Assembly (NCBI GenBank): GCA_038883795.1 | Contig: JAVZLK010000004.1 | Location: 1 to 64,000, forward strand | Length of the DNA: 64,000 nucleotides | Origin: Candidatus Bathyarchaeia archaeon | Lineage (GTDB): Archaea; Thermoproteota; Bathyarchaeia; Bathyarchaeales; Bathycorpusculaceae | Reading direction: 5' to 3' | In this document: positions 9,264-19,542 of the stretch, in pieces | How the letters are laid out: every line of letters starts with the position of its first letter | Numbering within the stretch: position 1 is the first letter of the stretch | The notes under the pieces: model-generated | Databases searched by the model: none | Told to the model about the DNA's origin: nothing | The model's input: only the letters and a program-made list of their open reading frames with translations | Position numbers and translations under genes: made by a program

Positions 9264-9663
9264 CTATAGTCTCTGTTTCATTGAGTTGGCTGTTCTTTTG
9301 GTTTCTGTTTCAACTGAAGGTTTCAGTGTTGGTTTCTGATTTTTGGTTCCAGTGAAAGTCGTCGCTGTTCTCATTTTTGGTTGCTTCTTTTTGTGTTTAT
9401 AAATTGTTTTGTGATTCGACTTTTTTGGGCTGGGGAGAGTTGAGTAAAAGTGAATTTGCGCTTGTCCATTTGTAGCATGCTTTCTCAAGCGGATCAATTG
9501 ATATGCGCCAGTGGCTGCAGTAGGCTTTTTGGGTTGGTAGGTTTCTGCTTTGTCTTTCGCGTATGCCCATCGGCGCATTTAGCTGGTTGAGCCTGTTTCT
9601 TAGGTGAGTTGTTAGCTGGATTTGGATGCTGGAATAGTCGCATTCACAACAGTAACGTGTCAA
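9264..9663 (-). pseudogene. Degraded hypothetical gene(s)
   Basis: Two overlapping short ORFs (9397-9663 and 9264-9578) coupled to the wHTH gene, consistent with a frameshift. Confidence 0.3.
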
Positions 9664-9914
9664 GGGATTTTTGCCTCTGTTTTTTGGCTTATTTCCTTTA
9701 GGCTCTTAGCTATTTCAGCGCCTTTCTTGGTGAGTTTGTTGATTTTTCTGGGTGGTTTGAGTTCGCTTTCAATTAAGCCTTCAGCGTGTAAAGTGGCGAG
9801 GATTTGGCTGCACCATTGTTCTGTTATGCCCGCACGTTTGGCTATCTCGTTGTTTTGTAATGGTCCGTTTTCTAAAAGTGTGATTAGGATTTTCTGTTTG
9901 ACTGTTAGGAGCAT
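9660..9914 (-). CDS. Winged helix-turn-helix (MarR/ArsR-like) regulator
   Basis: LTVKQKILITLLENGPLQNNEIAKRAGITEQWCSQILATLHAEGLI..LTKKG. Confidence 0.85.
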   Translation of the reverse strand: MLLTVKQKILITLLENGPLQNNEIAKRAGITEQWCSQILATLHAEGLIESELKPPRKINKLTKKGAEIAKSLKEISQKTEAKIP

Positions 9915-10181
9915 GCTTATCTATGGTTGAATAGGGGCTTTTAGTAAATGATAAGTTATTCTGTCCGTTGTTGGAAAAACGTAGGGGGATAGGGGTAGGG
10001 AAAAATAAAGGAATGCCTATAGCCCATTTTGCCCGTGAAGAATAGACTCGGTATTTTTTGGTATGGTGTGGCTTACTTTGTTTTGGGTGGTAGTATGTTT
10101 TGCTTATGATGCGCATGAGGAAAGTAGAACAGGATAATAAGCTTTTTAGGAGTAACGATTTAATTATTGAATGGTGTTTGG

Positions 10182-10355
10182 ATGAGTGTGAAATGTCCGT
10201 CTTGTGGTCGTGAGTTTTCAAGTAAGCCTTTGAAGTCGTGGAAATTTAGATTCTATGATGTTAGCCGTTACGAGTGCCAGCATTGTAAGACGAAGTTTAA
10301 CATTTATGATAGTCCTAATTCGAAGTTTGTGATTGTTGGTAAGAGGCAAAAGTGA
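10182..10355 (+). CDS. Small Zn-ribbon protein (Cren7-like)
   Basis: CPSCG..KPLKSWKF..VSRYECQHCKTKF; ATG at 10182. Confidence 0.7.
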   Translation: MSVKCPSCGREFSSKPLKSWKFRFYDVSRYECQHCKTKFNIYDSPNSKFVIVGKRQK

Positions 10356-10368
10356 GTGGCATAAGGCG

Positions 10369-13300
10369 ATGAGTGGCAAGGCTTTAGCTGAAGCTGAAAG
10401 GACTTCTTTAAACCTGATTTTAGAGGATTTACGTTTTCTCTTTGCTAAAGACGAAATTCTGCAAGATGAGGTAGAGGGAATTCTTCAGACTCTCAAAAGT
10501 GAAGAAGTCAAGTCCTATATACAAAACCTTAGATATGGCTCTAAACCAGAAACTGCTCTTAGGGAATCTTTCATTGCTGGAAAATCTGTTCTTCTTAAAT
10601 ATCTTTTTGGTGAGGGGATCCCTGAGGTACGGTCGGATGGTTTTATTGACTATCTGCTTAAAGATGAGATGGGGCGAGGCATCGCTTTAGAACTCAAGCC
10701 GCTTTTTGAAGCTGTTGTAAAATTGGATAAAGCAGGCAAGCCAATACTCGAGAAACTTAAGCAAAAGAAGATTACGCCTGAGATTTATGCAGAGCAAATT
10801 CTTAAGTACATTCGAGAAGGCGAGGCTCAATTCGTTATTTTAACGAACTTGAAAGAGTGGTTCTTCTACAGCAAAGAGCTCAGTCCAAAAGAAGTGAAGT
10901 ATTTCTGTGCAATTGGCTTTTTTGATTTCATTAAGGAATATGATGTCGTAGGTAATTTGAGGGATTATCTGGAAAGGAAAGAATTCGAGTCTATACGATA
11001 TGACTTGGATAAGTGGTTCCTACAAAGTTTGAAAACATGGGTAGGCAAACTTTCAGAAATTGAGTTTATCGTCGACGATAAGCGGAAGCTTGAGCTAATA
11101 ATAGGGCTGATTAACAAGTTCATCTTTGTGCAAACGTTAGACGATTATGGAGTTATAGAATTCAACTGGATAAGAAAGCGATGGAATTATCAAGAACAAA
11201 TGTGGCAGAGAAAAGGAAAACTAATGGTGTTAGAGAAGTTTTTTGATGAAGTTGACAACTGGTTCTATCAATACTATGACACAGAGCTTTTTAAGGAGAA
11301 AATTTTGCAACATATCAAAAAAGATGATGAAAACATCGATAAGCTTTACAGAAACCTCCAACTGATCCTTGGTCTGACGTATCTACAGGTTCCATTCGGC
11401 GCTTTAAAAGGTATAATGCAACATAATTTCAGGTATATTGATGAGGATGTTCTTGGAAAGGCTTACGAAATATTCTTAGGTGAGATAAGAAAAGAAGAAG
11501 GAGTTTACTACACGCCTAAATATATTACGCAGTACATTGCGGAGAATACTGTTGGCAAAATTTTTGACGAACTGTTGGCAAAAATAAAAGAAGAATCGAG
11601 GAATGAGAATTTCGAAGGCCTAAAGGATTTAGTCTCAAGGTTTACTTCCATACGAATCCTTGACCCGGCGTGCGGGTCTGGATCCTTTCTTATTAAAGCC
11701 ATTAGGATCGTGGTGAGTAAATATAGAGAACTCAACCGGATAATTGAAGACCTTATCAAGAAGTATTCAAATTACAGGGGTTCACTTGATCTACCTCAGG
11801 AAGACAGAGCAAAAACGGAATTGTTATCTGAAATAAAAGAGATTATAGGACCAAGTAGTGACAGGGAATTAATTGCCCGAATTCTTGTGAGACATATTCA
11901 TGGTGTTGACCTGGACAGAAGAGCGTTAGAAGTTGCTAAGGTAAACATATGGTTGGAGGCAATTAAGCTTGCACCTAAAGAATTTAGGTATGATAAACTT
12001 CCTGCAGAAACAAATTATATTTTACCCAGCCTTGAAATGAATCTCTGTAATGGCGATTCTCTCGTCGGACTACCAGAAGAATCAACCATCAAATATCTGG
12101 GCGAAAACTTCCAAGAAATAATCATAAAATTATCCCAATTAAGACGAAACTACATGGAAAACCCTATGGAACCTAAGTTTGTTGATGAAGTTGAAAATTT
12201 AAAGGTTGAAATCAGAAACAAGCTCGGTGAAAAATTCAGGGAATTTTTAAAGACAAAAGATATTGCTGTCGAGATTTTTTATCAAACAAAGCCTTTTCTA
12301 TGGGCGTTAGAATTTTGGTATGCCTTCTTTAGTGAAAGTGGGGTTCCTTTACCAAAAGATATGCAAGGATTCGATGTCGTGTTAGGAAACCCTCCATATG
12401 TTGAAAATAAGAGGTTGAACGGGTTGATTAAGAAGTATCTTCAAAATTGTGGCACATACAAAACTGCTTACAAATTATTTGACTATGCAGTACCATTTAT
12501 TGAAAGAGCTATACAACTGCTAAAAAGAGGGGGACAGTTTGGATATATTGTCACAAATAAATTTACAGTTACAGATTACGGAATTAAGATTCGAGAGATT
12601 TTGACCAGGAGTACCACCATAGAACAGATTCTTGACGTATCTTACCTACCGGTTTTTGAAGGAACGGCGATATATCCAATAATTTTAATCTTCACGAAAC
12701 TCGACCCTGCAGAAGATCATGAGATTAAAATCGCACCCAAAGTAAGTTCAGAAGAGGACATAATTCAAACTAAATACGAGTACATCAAAACCAAGCAAAC
12801 CGCAATTTTAAAGACCCCAGGATATATATTTGACATCTCTGGAAACATTTTGCTCTGTGACAAAATACGCTCTTTAAACAACATTAGTCCAAAAGAAATT
12901 GCGAAGATAGGTTATAGAGTTCTAAAGTTTACGGGATGGGACGAATTATTAGGTAACGTAACAGACAAAAGACCAAATGAACCGCATCTGAAGTTCATAG
13001 GCTGTGGAAACATTGAGCCTTATCTGATAAATTGGGACTCTGAATTAAGACTCGCGGGGCATTCTTTTAAAAGCTCTTATCTGAAAAAACCGAGCCAAGC
13101 TGATGAAAGCAAATGGAAACTACTGGAATTGCCAAAGATTCTTGTCAGAGAGGTCGGTATCAAGTTGACTGCAGCCCTTGACGAATGTGGAGAATATGGA
13201 AACCTCACAGGCATGTACGCATTGTACGATATAAGCAGGGATTATGAACCAAGGTTCATTTTAGCTTTACTTAACTCGTCTCTTCTTGACTTTTATTATA

Positions 13301-14118
13301 AGTCGCTTTATGGAAGCACGCACATGGCTGGTGGTTACCTAAACTTTCATGGCACATACATTGAAAATCTTCCCATCCTTAAAGTCGAAGCTGCTCAGCA
13401 AAAAGCAATCGCTGATTATGTGCGTCGACTGGAACACCTCAAAAAGACGCATCATGTATTTTTCAAGATTTGGAAGGATTGGTGCACTCGACTCAAAACC
13501 AGTGAGTGCTCTCTCTACAAAATACTATGCGAAGATGCAAGATTCATGCAGACTGGCAAGTTCGATAAGGCTTGGACGATTAAAGTAACTTTCTACCCAA
13601 CTGAAAATGCAACATCAAAATTGGTCTTTTATGATTTCAAAATTGTAGGGGAGCCAAGCAAACATGGGATAAGCATTTATGGATTAGATGAAAACAACAA
13701 GGAACAACTGATTTATGAAATGGAATTAAGTCATAATGATTTAATGCTTCATATCTATTGCTGCTTACTTCAAGCACTGGCTTCACGGGTCAAAATAAAG
13801 ACTCTGTTTCAGCTTTTGGATAAAACTACGATACCAATAATAAAAGAGGTAAATGAAAACCCAAAAGAGTTAACACCCAATATAGTAAAGAAAGCCAAGT
13901 ATGAGGTCGAGACGTGGCTTAGAGAACAAAGAATTGAAGATATCGAAGCGGACATCGTGAAGGTGGATAACGAAATCAAGGACATCGAGGCAAGTATAGA
14001 TGCACGGGTTTTCAGATTGTACCAATTAAATGAAGACGAAGTGGCTACAGTCTTTCGCTTTTTAAAGATGCCAATGAGTCATCAAGAAAAAGTTCTTGAA
14101 ATCTTCAGGAAGTTGTGA
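10369..14118 (+). CDS. Type IIG restriction-modification enzyme (Eco57I-like; REase + N6-adenine MTase + TaqI-C-like TRD)
   Basis: N-terminal IDYLL..IALELK nuclease motif; YYTPKYI, LDPACGSGSFL, GNPPY; C-terminal TRD. ORF track start is 10333; ATG 10369 is more likely. Confidence 0.9.
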   Translation: MSGKALAEAERTSLNLILEDLRFLFAKDEILQDEVEGILQTLKSEEVKSYIQNLRYGSKPETALRESFIAGKSVLLKYLFGEGIPEVRSDGFIDYLLKDEMGRGIALELKPLFEAVVKLDKAGKPILEKLKQKKITPEIYAEQILKYIREGEAQFVILTNLKEWFFYSKELSPKEVKYFCAIGFFDFIKEYDVVGNLRDYLERKEFESIRYDLDKWFLQSLKTWVGKLSEIEFIVDDKRKLELIIGLINKFIFVQTLDDYGVIEFNWIRKRWNYQEQMWQRKGKLMVLEKFFDEVDNWFYQYYDTELFKEKILQHIKKDDENIDKLYRNLQLILGLTYLQVPFGALKGIMQHNFRYIDEDVLGKAYEIFLGEIRKEEGVYYTPKYITQYIAENTVGKIFDELLAKIKEESRNENFEGLKDLVSRFTSIRILDPACGSGSFLIKAIRIVVSKYRELNRIIEDLIKKYSNYRGSLDLPQEDRAKTELLSEIKEIIGPSSDRELIARILVRHIHGVDLDRRALEVAKVNIWLEAIKLAPKEFRYDKLPAETNYILPSLEMNLCNGDSLVGLPEESTIKYLGENFQEIIIKLSQLRRNYMENPMEPKFVDEVENLKVEIRNKLGEKFREFLKTKDIAVEIFYQTKPFLWALEFWYAFFSESGVPLPKDMQGFDVVLGNPPYVENKRLNGLIKKYLQNCGTYKTAYKLFDYAVPFIERAIQLLKRGGQFGYIVTNKFTVTDYGIKIREILTRSTTIEQILDVSYLPVFEGTAIYPIILIFTKLDPAEDHEIKIAPKVSSEEDIIQTKYEYIKTKQTAILKTPGYIFDISGNILLCDKIRSLNNISPKEIAKIGYRVLKFTGWDELLGNVTDKRPNEPHLKFIGCGNIEPYLINWDSELRLAGHSFKSSYLKKPSQADESKWKLLELPKILVREVGIKLTAALDECGEYGNLTGMYALYDISRDYEPRFILALLNSSLLDFYYKSLYGSTHMAGGYLNFHGTYIENLPILKVEAAQQKAIADYVRRLEHLKKTHHVFFKIWKDWCTRLKTSECSLYKILCEDARFMQTGKFDKAWTIKVTFYPTENATSKLVFYDFKIVGEPSKHGISIYGLDENNKEQLIYEMELSHNDLMLHIYCCLLQALASRVKIKTLFQLLDKTTIPIIKEVNENPKELTPNIVKKAKYEVETWLREQRIEDIEADIVKVDNEIKDIEASIDARVFRLYQLNEDEVATVFRFLKMPMSHQEKVLEIFRKL

Positions 14119-14176
14119 GCCTTGCGGAGTTTTGTATCAACAACAGGTTTCAACACCTGGGAGGTTCGTTAATTTA

Positions 14177-15256
14177 ATGAAGTTGGAGGTTCTGGGACCG
14201 GGACCTAAATCCTTAGGTCTTAAACCTTTATTGTGGTATGTTGAAGAGCGCCTTAATGAAATAAAAAAAGATGGAGAATTTCTAATTGTTTCCGCGCTAA
14301 TAGACGCTGATGGGCTAAATCTTCTGAGTGACGCGCTGAACCGTGTGATTAGCTTGGGATGTACTGTGAAGGCAGTTATAGGCATGGACCTTGGTATTTC
14401 AAAAGGCGCTTTGTTGAAACTGAACGAAACTTTTGGAAATCAAAATGTGTTTATTTACTGTAACCCAGCAGACTCCACTTTTCACCCTAAAATGTATTTA
14501 ATAAGGGCAGATGACTCAGCGGGTACAGTAATTATAGGCTCGAGCAATCTTACAAGTGCTGGATTCTTAAGAAACTTTGAAGTTAACATCGCACTTGAAT
14601 TAGACCTACACAATAAAGACGAGAAGGCGATCTTTAAAGGATTTGTCACAACGTTTAAGGATCTTCTGAAGGAAAGAAGCACACGTCCTCTCACGCTGAA
14701 ACTGCAGTCAGAGCTTCAGAAGAAAATAGAGAGAATCACTAAAACTGTCACTGAGACAAGGCATGGTCCAAGGCTTTCCGAGGGTTTCGAAGGCAAAGAT
14801 CACGGTTGGGAAATTCCCGTATTCGAAGGTAAGAATGCCTTCCTGATGACACTATCATACAACGACGTTTCTGGTGTACGGGGTGATCAGTATATAAGAA
14901 TTCCTGTGGTTGCTGTAATTTCAAATCCTAAGTTCTGGGGTTGGCCAAAGTTATTCTCCCCTTCTGCCAAAGGATATCCTGAACGTCTTGTCGACGTTTT
15001 TTATAAAGGAAAGAGTTACCGATACAGATTTTATTTTGCAAAGATACCTGACGAATTCCGACTGGTTATGCCACAAATATACAACCTCGGAGCAGCATAT
15101 GAAGGAAATATCCTTAAGATTTCTAAAGGACCAAACAGGTATTCTTTGAAACTTATTTCGAAGACGGATAAGAACTTTGGGCAATACATGAAATATTGCA
15201 CGGAGATATGCCCAAGAGGGCGGGCGAGAGTTCCAAAAAGGTGGGGTTACATTTAA
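14177..15256 (+). CDS. PLD-family (HKD) nuclease, NgoFVII/BfiI-like N-terminal domain
   Basis: FHPKMYLIRAD..IIGSSNLTSAGFLRNFE. ORF track start is 14096. Confidence 0.85.
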   Translation: MKLEVLGPGPKSLGLKPLLWYVEERLNEIKKDGEFLIVSALIDADGLNLLSDALNRVISLGCTVKAVIGMDLGISKGALLKLNETFGNQNVFIYCNPADSTFHPKMYLIRADDSAGTVIIGSSNLTSAGFLRNFEVNIALELDLHNKDEKAIFKGFVTTFKDLLKERSTRPLTLKLQSELQKKIERITKTVTETRHGPRLSEGFEGKDHGWEIPVFEGKNAFLMTLSYNDVSGVRGDQYIRIPVVAVISNPKFWGWPKLFSPSAKGYPERLVDVFYKGKSYRYRFYFAKIPDEFRLVMPQIYNLGAAYEGNILKISKGPNRYSLKLISKTDKNFGQYMKYCTEICPRGRARVPKRWGYI

Positions 15257-15278
15257 ACGTAGAGGAAGGCCCCAGTGT

Positions 15279-16706
15279 TTGTATAACTGTGGATTAAGAG
15301 AAGGATACCATCTCAAGGATTACCAAGAACCTTTGGTTAATGAAGCGCTTAACGAATTTGAATTAAAGGAAAAAAAGAATGTTTTCATCTCTCTTCCTCA
15401 AGGCACTGGAAAAACAATAATTGCCTTAGCCACCTTGTCAAGGCTCATTAATGATGGCAAGGTAAAACGAGCGCTTGTCTTAATTCCCAGAAGAGTTTTG
15501 GTCAATCAGTGGGTAGACAGAGCACAAGAGATGTTCTATGGGCTGGGTCTAATAAAGAACCCAACACTATCGAAAGAACAAATAGGAAAGATAAGAGGAT
15601 GGGTAAAGCACTCAGGTGCCGTTGGCATCGCCATGACCATGCAATCCTTCAAAAACATAATCAAAAAAGAATATTTTACAGAAAAAGACTTCGACATGGT
15701 TATCGTAGACGAAGCCGCCGACCTCGTCGTCTCCAGAGATTTCATTGAAGGCTTCAGAATGTCAAAATACCTGAAAGGCTTAGAAAAATGGAAAATTCCA
15801 AAACTCTTCATATTACCTTACCATGTCAGAGAAAAGAAAATAATCGCACTAATAAAAAAATTCGGAACCAATTCCGCCCTAATCCGAAAAATGATATCAG
15901 AGACTAAATTAATGTGCACCGTACGAGACCCAATAATCATAGAGGACCCTATCATCAACATCTTCGTCGAAAAACTACAAGACGACTACAAAAAAACCAA
16001 AACAAACGTGCACAGAATACTAACAAACCACGGAATCGAAGGCTACAGAGAAAACATCGAAACCCTTCTCAACCCCGAAACCCTCGACCGACTCAAAAAA
16101 GCCTATGGACTCGACGAAGAAACATGCCAACAAATCCAAGTACTAATAACCAAATACATCCTTGTACAACACATCCAAAAATGGTTCCTCTACTCTGGCA
16201 GATCAGAACTTGCTCGCAGTATACTCTCGGCTCAAAAAGACGTAAACAAATGGCTAAACTACGAGGACAAAAAACTAAATAAACTCATAGAAGAAGTCAA
16301 AACCCGCCTAAATCAAGGACAAAAAATCTACATCTTCTCACAATACGTAGCCACAGCCGAACTATTAACCACACACCTAACGGAAAAACTATCGCTAAAA
16401 CCAAGAGACATCACACTAATCACAGGCGCCGACGAAGCAGACGCACAATTCGAAAAACTCAGCAGCTACAAAAAAGTAGGCAAAATCCTCGTAACCACTC
16501 CAGTTTTTGACAAGGGCACAGACATTCCCCAAGCCGACGTAATTATCGTCTACACACCACCCCCCAGTAGCGAAAAACTACTCCAAGTCGTCGGAAGAAT
16601 AAGAGGCGGCGAAGTCGTATTCTTGGCATACAAAGGCTACGAAGAAGAATCAATCAACCAAATAGCTGACATCTTGAGAAAATCATTCGCATCAACTGCA
16701 GGGTGA
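15279..16706 (+). CDS. SF2 (DEAD/DEAH-like) helicase, divergent
   Basis: Q-motif LKDYQ, Walker A PQGTGKT, VDEAAD, KGTDIP, QVVGRIRG. Confidence 0.85.
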   Translation: MYNCGLREGYHLKDYQEPLVNEALNEFELKEKKNVFISLPQGTGKTIIALATLSRLINDGKVKRALVLIPRRVLVNQWVDRAQEMFYGLGLIKNPTLSKEQIGKIRGWVKHSGAVGIAMTMQSFKNIIKKEYFTEKDFDMVIVDEAADLVVSRDFIEGFRMSKYLKGLEKWKIPKLFILPYHVREKKIIALIKKFGTNSALIRKMISETKLMCTVRDPIIIEDPIINIFVEKLQDDYKKTKTNVHRILTNHGIEGYRENIETLLNPETLDRLKKAYGLDEETCQQIQVLITKYILVQHIQKWFLYSGRSELARSILSAQKDVNKWLNYEDKKLNKLIEEVKTRLNQGQKIYIFSQYVATAELLTTHLTEKLSLKPRDITLITGADEADAQFEKLSSYKKVGKILVTTPVFDKGTDIPQADVIIVYTPPPSSEKLLQVVGRIRGGEVVFLAYKGYEEESINQIADILRKSFASTAG

Positions 16707-17608
16707 AAAAAATGGACATAATCGCCATATCCGACATCTACTCAGACATGCACACAATCCAAGAATTCATCCAAATCGCAAGCCAGACCACAGACAACAA
16801 ACCAATAATCGTCATAACTGGAGACATCGGAATAAGAACCACATCAACACACTACAAACAAGACATAAACAAAATAATCGATTCACTTTCAAAAATCAGC
16901 AAACAAATCCTCTACATACCAGGCGACTCCGACAACAAACAACTCGAAATAACCTCATCCAACGCCAAAAACTTGGACAGACAAAACTATGTTATAGACG
17001 ACGGAGAAGTAAAAATCGGCTTATTAGGGCTCGGAGGAGCCCCAACACACAGCATGAGAAGCACTGATCTCTCGCCTTATTTATGGGATGAAAGCATTCC
17101 AATGGTTGCTGAAGACCTCCTAACAGAACTGAAGATAAACATAGAGAAAATAGCACAAGCACAACCAGACCACATAATCCTAATTACTCATTCCCCACCA
17201 TACGGCATAGCCGATCGTTCAAAACCAATAACCCTACAAGAAATGCTCGTCTTAGAAGACATATTAGAGGAGCTAAAAGGAGAAACAAAAACAGAAACCG
17301 AAGAAAACACCAAAAAGACACCAACAAGCATAAGACACCTCGGCTCCAGAACTATAAGCAATTTCGTCAAATACTACAAACCAGACATCCACATCTTCGG
17401 ACACGTACACAAGGAAGGCGGTAAAACCGAAACCCAAGAAGCAACAAAATTCTTCAACATAAGCCACTTATCCCCACTACCCTACAAACTCACAGGAAGA
17501 AAATACCTACACCTAAAAATAACCAAACAAAAAATCACCGCAACTTTCGACCACGCAATAACAGAAAGGAACATACCATTTAGTGAATTTGTCGAAAAAT
17601 ACCTATAA
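16703..17608 (+). CDS. Calcineurin-like metallophosphoesterase (Icc-like), divergent
   Basis: ISDIY, TGDI, PGDSD, THSPP, FGHVH; GTGA overlap with the helicase. Confidence 0.85.
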   Translation: MKKMDIIAISDIYSDMHTIQEFIQIASQTTDNKPIIVITGDIGIRTTSTHYKQDINKIIDSLSKISKQILYIPGDSDNKQLEITSSNAKNLDRQNYVIDDGEVKIGLLGLGGAPTHSMRSTDLSPYLWDESIPMVAEDLLTELKINIEKIAQAQPDHIILITHSPPYGIADRSKPITLQEMLVLEDILEELKGETKTETEENTKKTPTSIRHLGSRTISNFVKYYKPDIHIFGHVHKEGGKTETQEATKFFNISHLSPLPYKLTGRKYLHLKITKQKITATFDHAITERNIPFSEFVEKYL

Positions 17609-17680
17609 TGGGATGAACAACAATAAATCCTAACCTCCGAAAACCCCCTTACATTATTGCCTCTTCAAGCAAAGTATTAT

Positions 17681-18055
17681 TTAGTCTTCTTCGCGCCCAG
17701 GCGTTAGGTATCTATACAAAAACGTAATGATGCTTCCAAACGCTGTTCCAAAAATGAAAGCAACCGTCTCTCCGCCCAACTTCCCAACAAGAGCCAATGC
17801 ACTTGTCACACCAACTATCAAGAACATAAGAGCTATGAAACCTATCGTTGTCGAAAGAGCAAGTTTTGTCTCAGCCTTAATCTCCTCAGGATTCCCGCTT
17901 ATTCTAAACGCAATCGACTCCAAAATCTTGCCCATAGGCTCAGGATATTTATTTAATAGATCCTTAATTATGTCAAGCACTTTATCAATCGTTTGTTGCT
18001 GTGAACTCGGTTCTGGCTTCTTTTCTTTATCAGACTTCCTTTCAGAATTGCTCAT
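17681..18055 (-). CDS. Small membrane protein (2 C-terminal TM helices)
   Basis: Two hydrophobic segments at the C-terminus. Confidence 0.7.
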   Translation of the reverse strand: MSNSERKSDKEKKPEPSSQQQTIDKVLDIIKDLLNKYPEPMGKILESIAFRISGNPEEIKAETKLALSTTIGFIALMFLIVGVTSALALVGKLGGETVAFIFGTAFGSIITFLYRYLTPGREED

Positions 18056-18169
18056 GACAACACCAACTTTTTATTTGCTCATTTTTGATATAAATCTTCA
18101 AAACTATATGAAATTCTCCTTTTCGCATAGACAATAATGTAGCTGATATGAAAAAGCTTTGCGCCGAAC

Positions 18170-18802
18170 TCAGCGAAGGAGATATGGAAGTATCTTAGTC
18201 AAATCTTTGTCTTCAATTACTGCATCTGCTGCCTTCTTTACTTGCACATCATCTGTATTGAAAGCGATGCTAAACCCAGCATCTCTAAACATTGGAACAT
18301 CAAAAACGGTATCCCCTATGACCACGCATTGCTGTAAAGTCGCGTCCTCCATCAAAACAAGTTCTCTTAACACTGCGATTTTATTCAGAGGATTAACTAT
18401 TTCTTCACCTTCTCCAGTGAGAGCTCCATTTTCATCAATAACTATTCTATTAGCAAACACATAGTCAATTTTGAGTTCATGCTGGATGCGTTCTGCAAGA
18501 ATTGAAATTCCCGCACTGATAATGGCTGTTTTGTATCTCGCTTTTTTAAGTTCAGCAACGGTGATATTTGCTCCAGTCATCAGTGGGACTTTTGCCAAGA
18601 TGTTTTTAATGACGCTAACGTTCGTTTTGCCCCAAAGTGCGATGTCTTTTCTCATAAATTCGCTGTAATTAATCTCATGGTTGAGAAATTGTCTTAGATT
18701 CTCTGTGTTATCTATATTGAATTCTCTGTGGACAAATTGCCAGCTACTATCAATGTCAACCAAGACTCCATCCATGTCAAAAACAACTATTCTTATATCC
18801 AA
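18170..18802 (-). CDS. HAD-IB phosphatase (phosphoserine phosphatase-like)
   Basis: FDMDGVL, ISAG, K, GDTVFD motifs. Confidence 0.9.
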   Translation of the reverse strand: MDIRIVVFDMDGVLVDIDSSWQFVHREFNIDNTENLRQFLNHEINYSEFMRKDIALWGKTNVSVIKNILAKVPLMTGANITVAELKKARYKTAIISAGISILAERIQHELKIDYVFANRIVIDENGALTGEGEEIVNPLNKIAVLRELVLMEDATLQQCVVIGDTVFDVPMFRDAGFSIAFNTDDVQVKKAADAVIEDKDLTKILPYLLR

Positions 18803-18824
18803 TCTGCAAACCTACGACACTTGC

Positions 18825-19259
18825 TCAATTAACAGCAACAGAGTTAACGAAGTATGCTAACACGAAACCGAAAAATATCACGCCTAAATAGACGGTCATT
18901 GCACATATCCAGTGAAGGAGCGTAAGTTTAGGGCTCGTCAGCTTTGTAGTGATCTGAAGTTTGTCTTTATACTTAGGAATACTCTCAATTTGCTTTGCAT
19001 GCTCTACTGAGATAAGCATTAGCTTGTAATGCAGTATATCTAAGAGGAAAATTGGAATTAAATATATTGACCCGAGAGCTATTATCAATGAGGTAGCAGT
19101 AACACCCCATACTCTGATATTCTGAGTATATTGAAAAGACGCCAAACCAATTGCTTGAATAGCGGTTCCTATTGGAATACCTTGTAACCTTAGGCGAATT
19201 GTTGCATCATCAAAATGCTTTATTCTGTCCTTTGCCATCTCCCAATCTTTCAACACCAA
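18825..19259 (-). CDS. Membrane protein (3 TM)
   Basis: Hydrophobic segments; 144 aa. Confidence 0.7.
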   Translation of the reverse strand: MVLKDWEMAKDRIKHFDDATIRLRLQGIPIGTAIQAIGLASFQYTQNIRVWGVTATSLIIALGSIYLIPIFLLDILHYKLMLISVEHAKQIESIPKYKDKLQITTKLTSPKLTLLHWICAMTVYLGVIFFGFVLAYFVNSVAVN

Positions 19260-19542
19260 ATCCGTTTCTTTCTCTTCCAGACAAAAACCTCCAAACAGGC
19301 TGTTCTATCTTTATCTTATATTAGCTTTTTCTCTTAGCACGGTGTACGACTTGACGAAGACGAAGTCTACGAACTGAACGGAATGATTCTATGCTGGGGC
19401 TGCTACAACGAAGAGGAAGACTTACGCACAATAGAAGAAAAATGGATAGAATAACTGCCTTCAAAAAGCCTCCCAAGCTTTTTCGACAAGTCGCTTCCAG
19501 GCTCATACCTTGCTTAATATAAAGTGCATAACTCTCAATTAA

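Noticed and set aside
19321-19506. 61-aa ORF downstream of the M48 protease
   Set aside because: No recognisable motif or RBS; cannot be supported as a gene.
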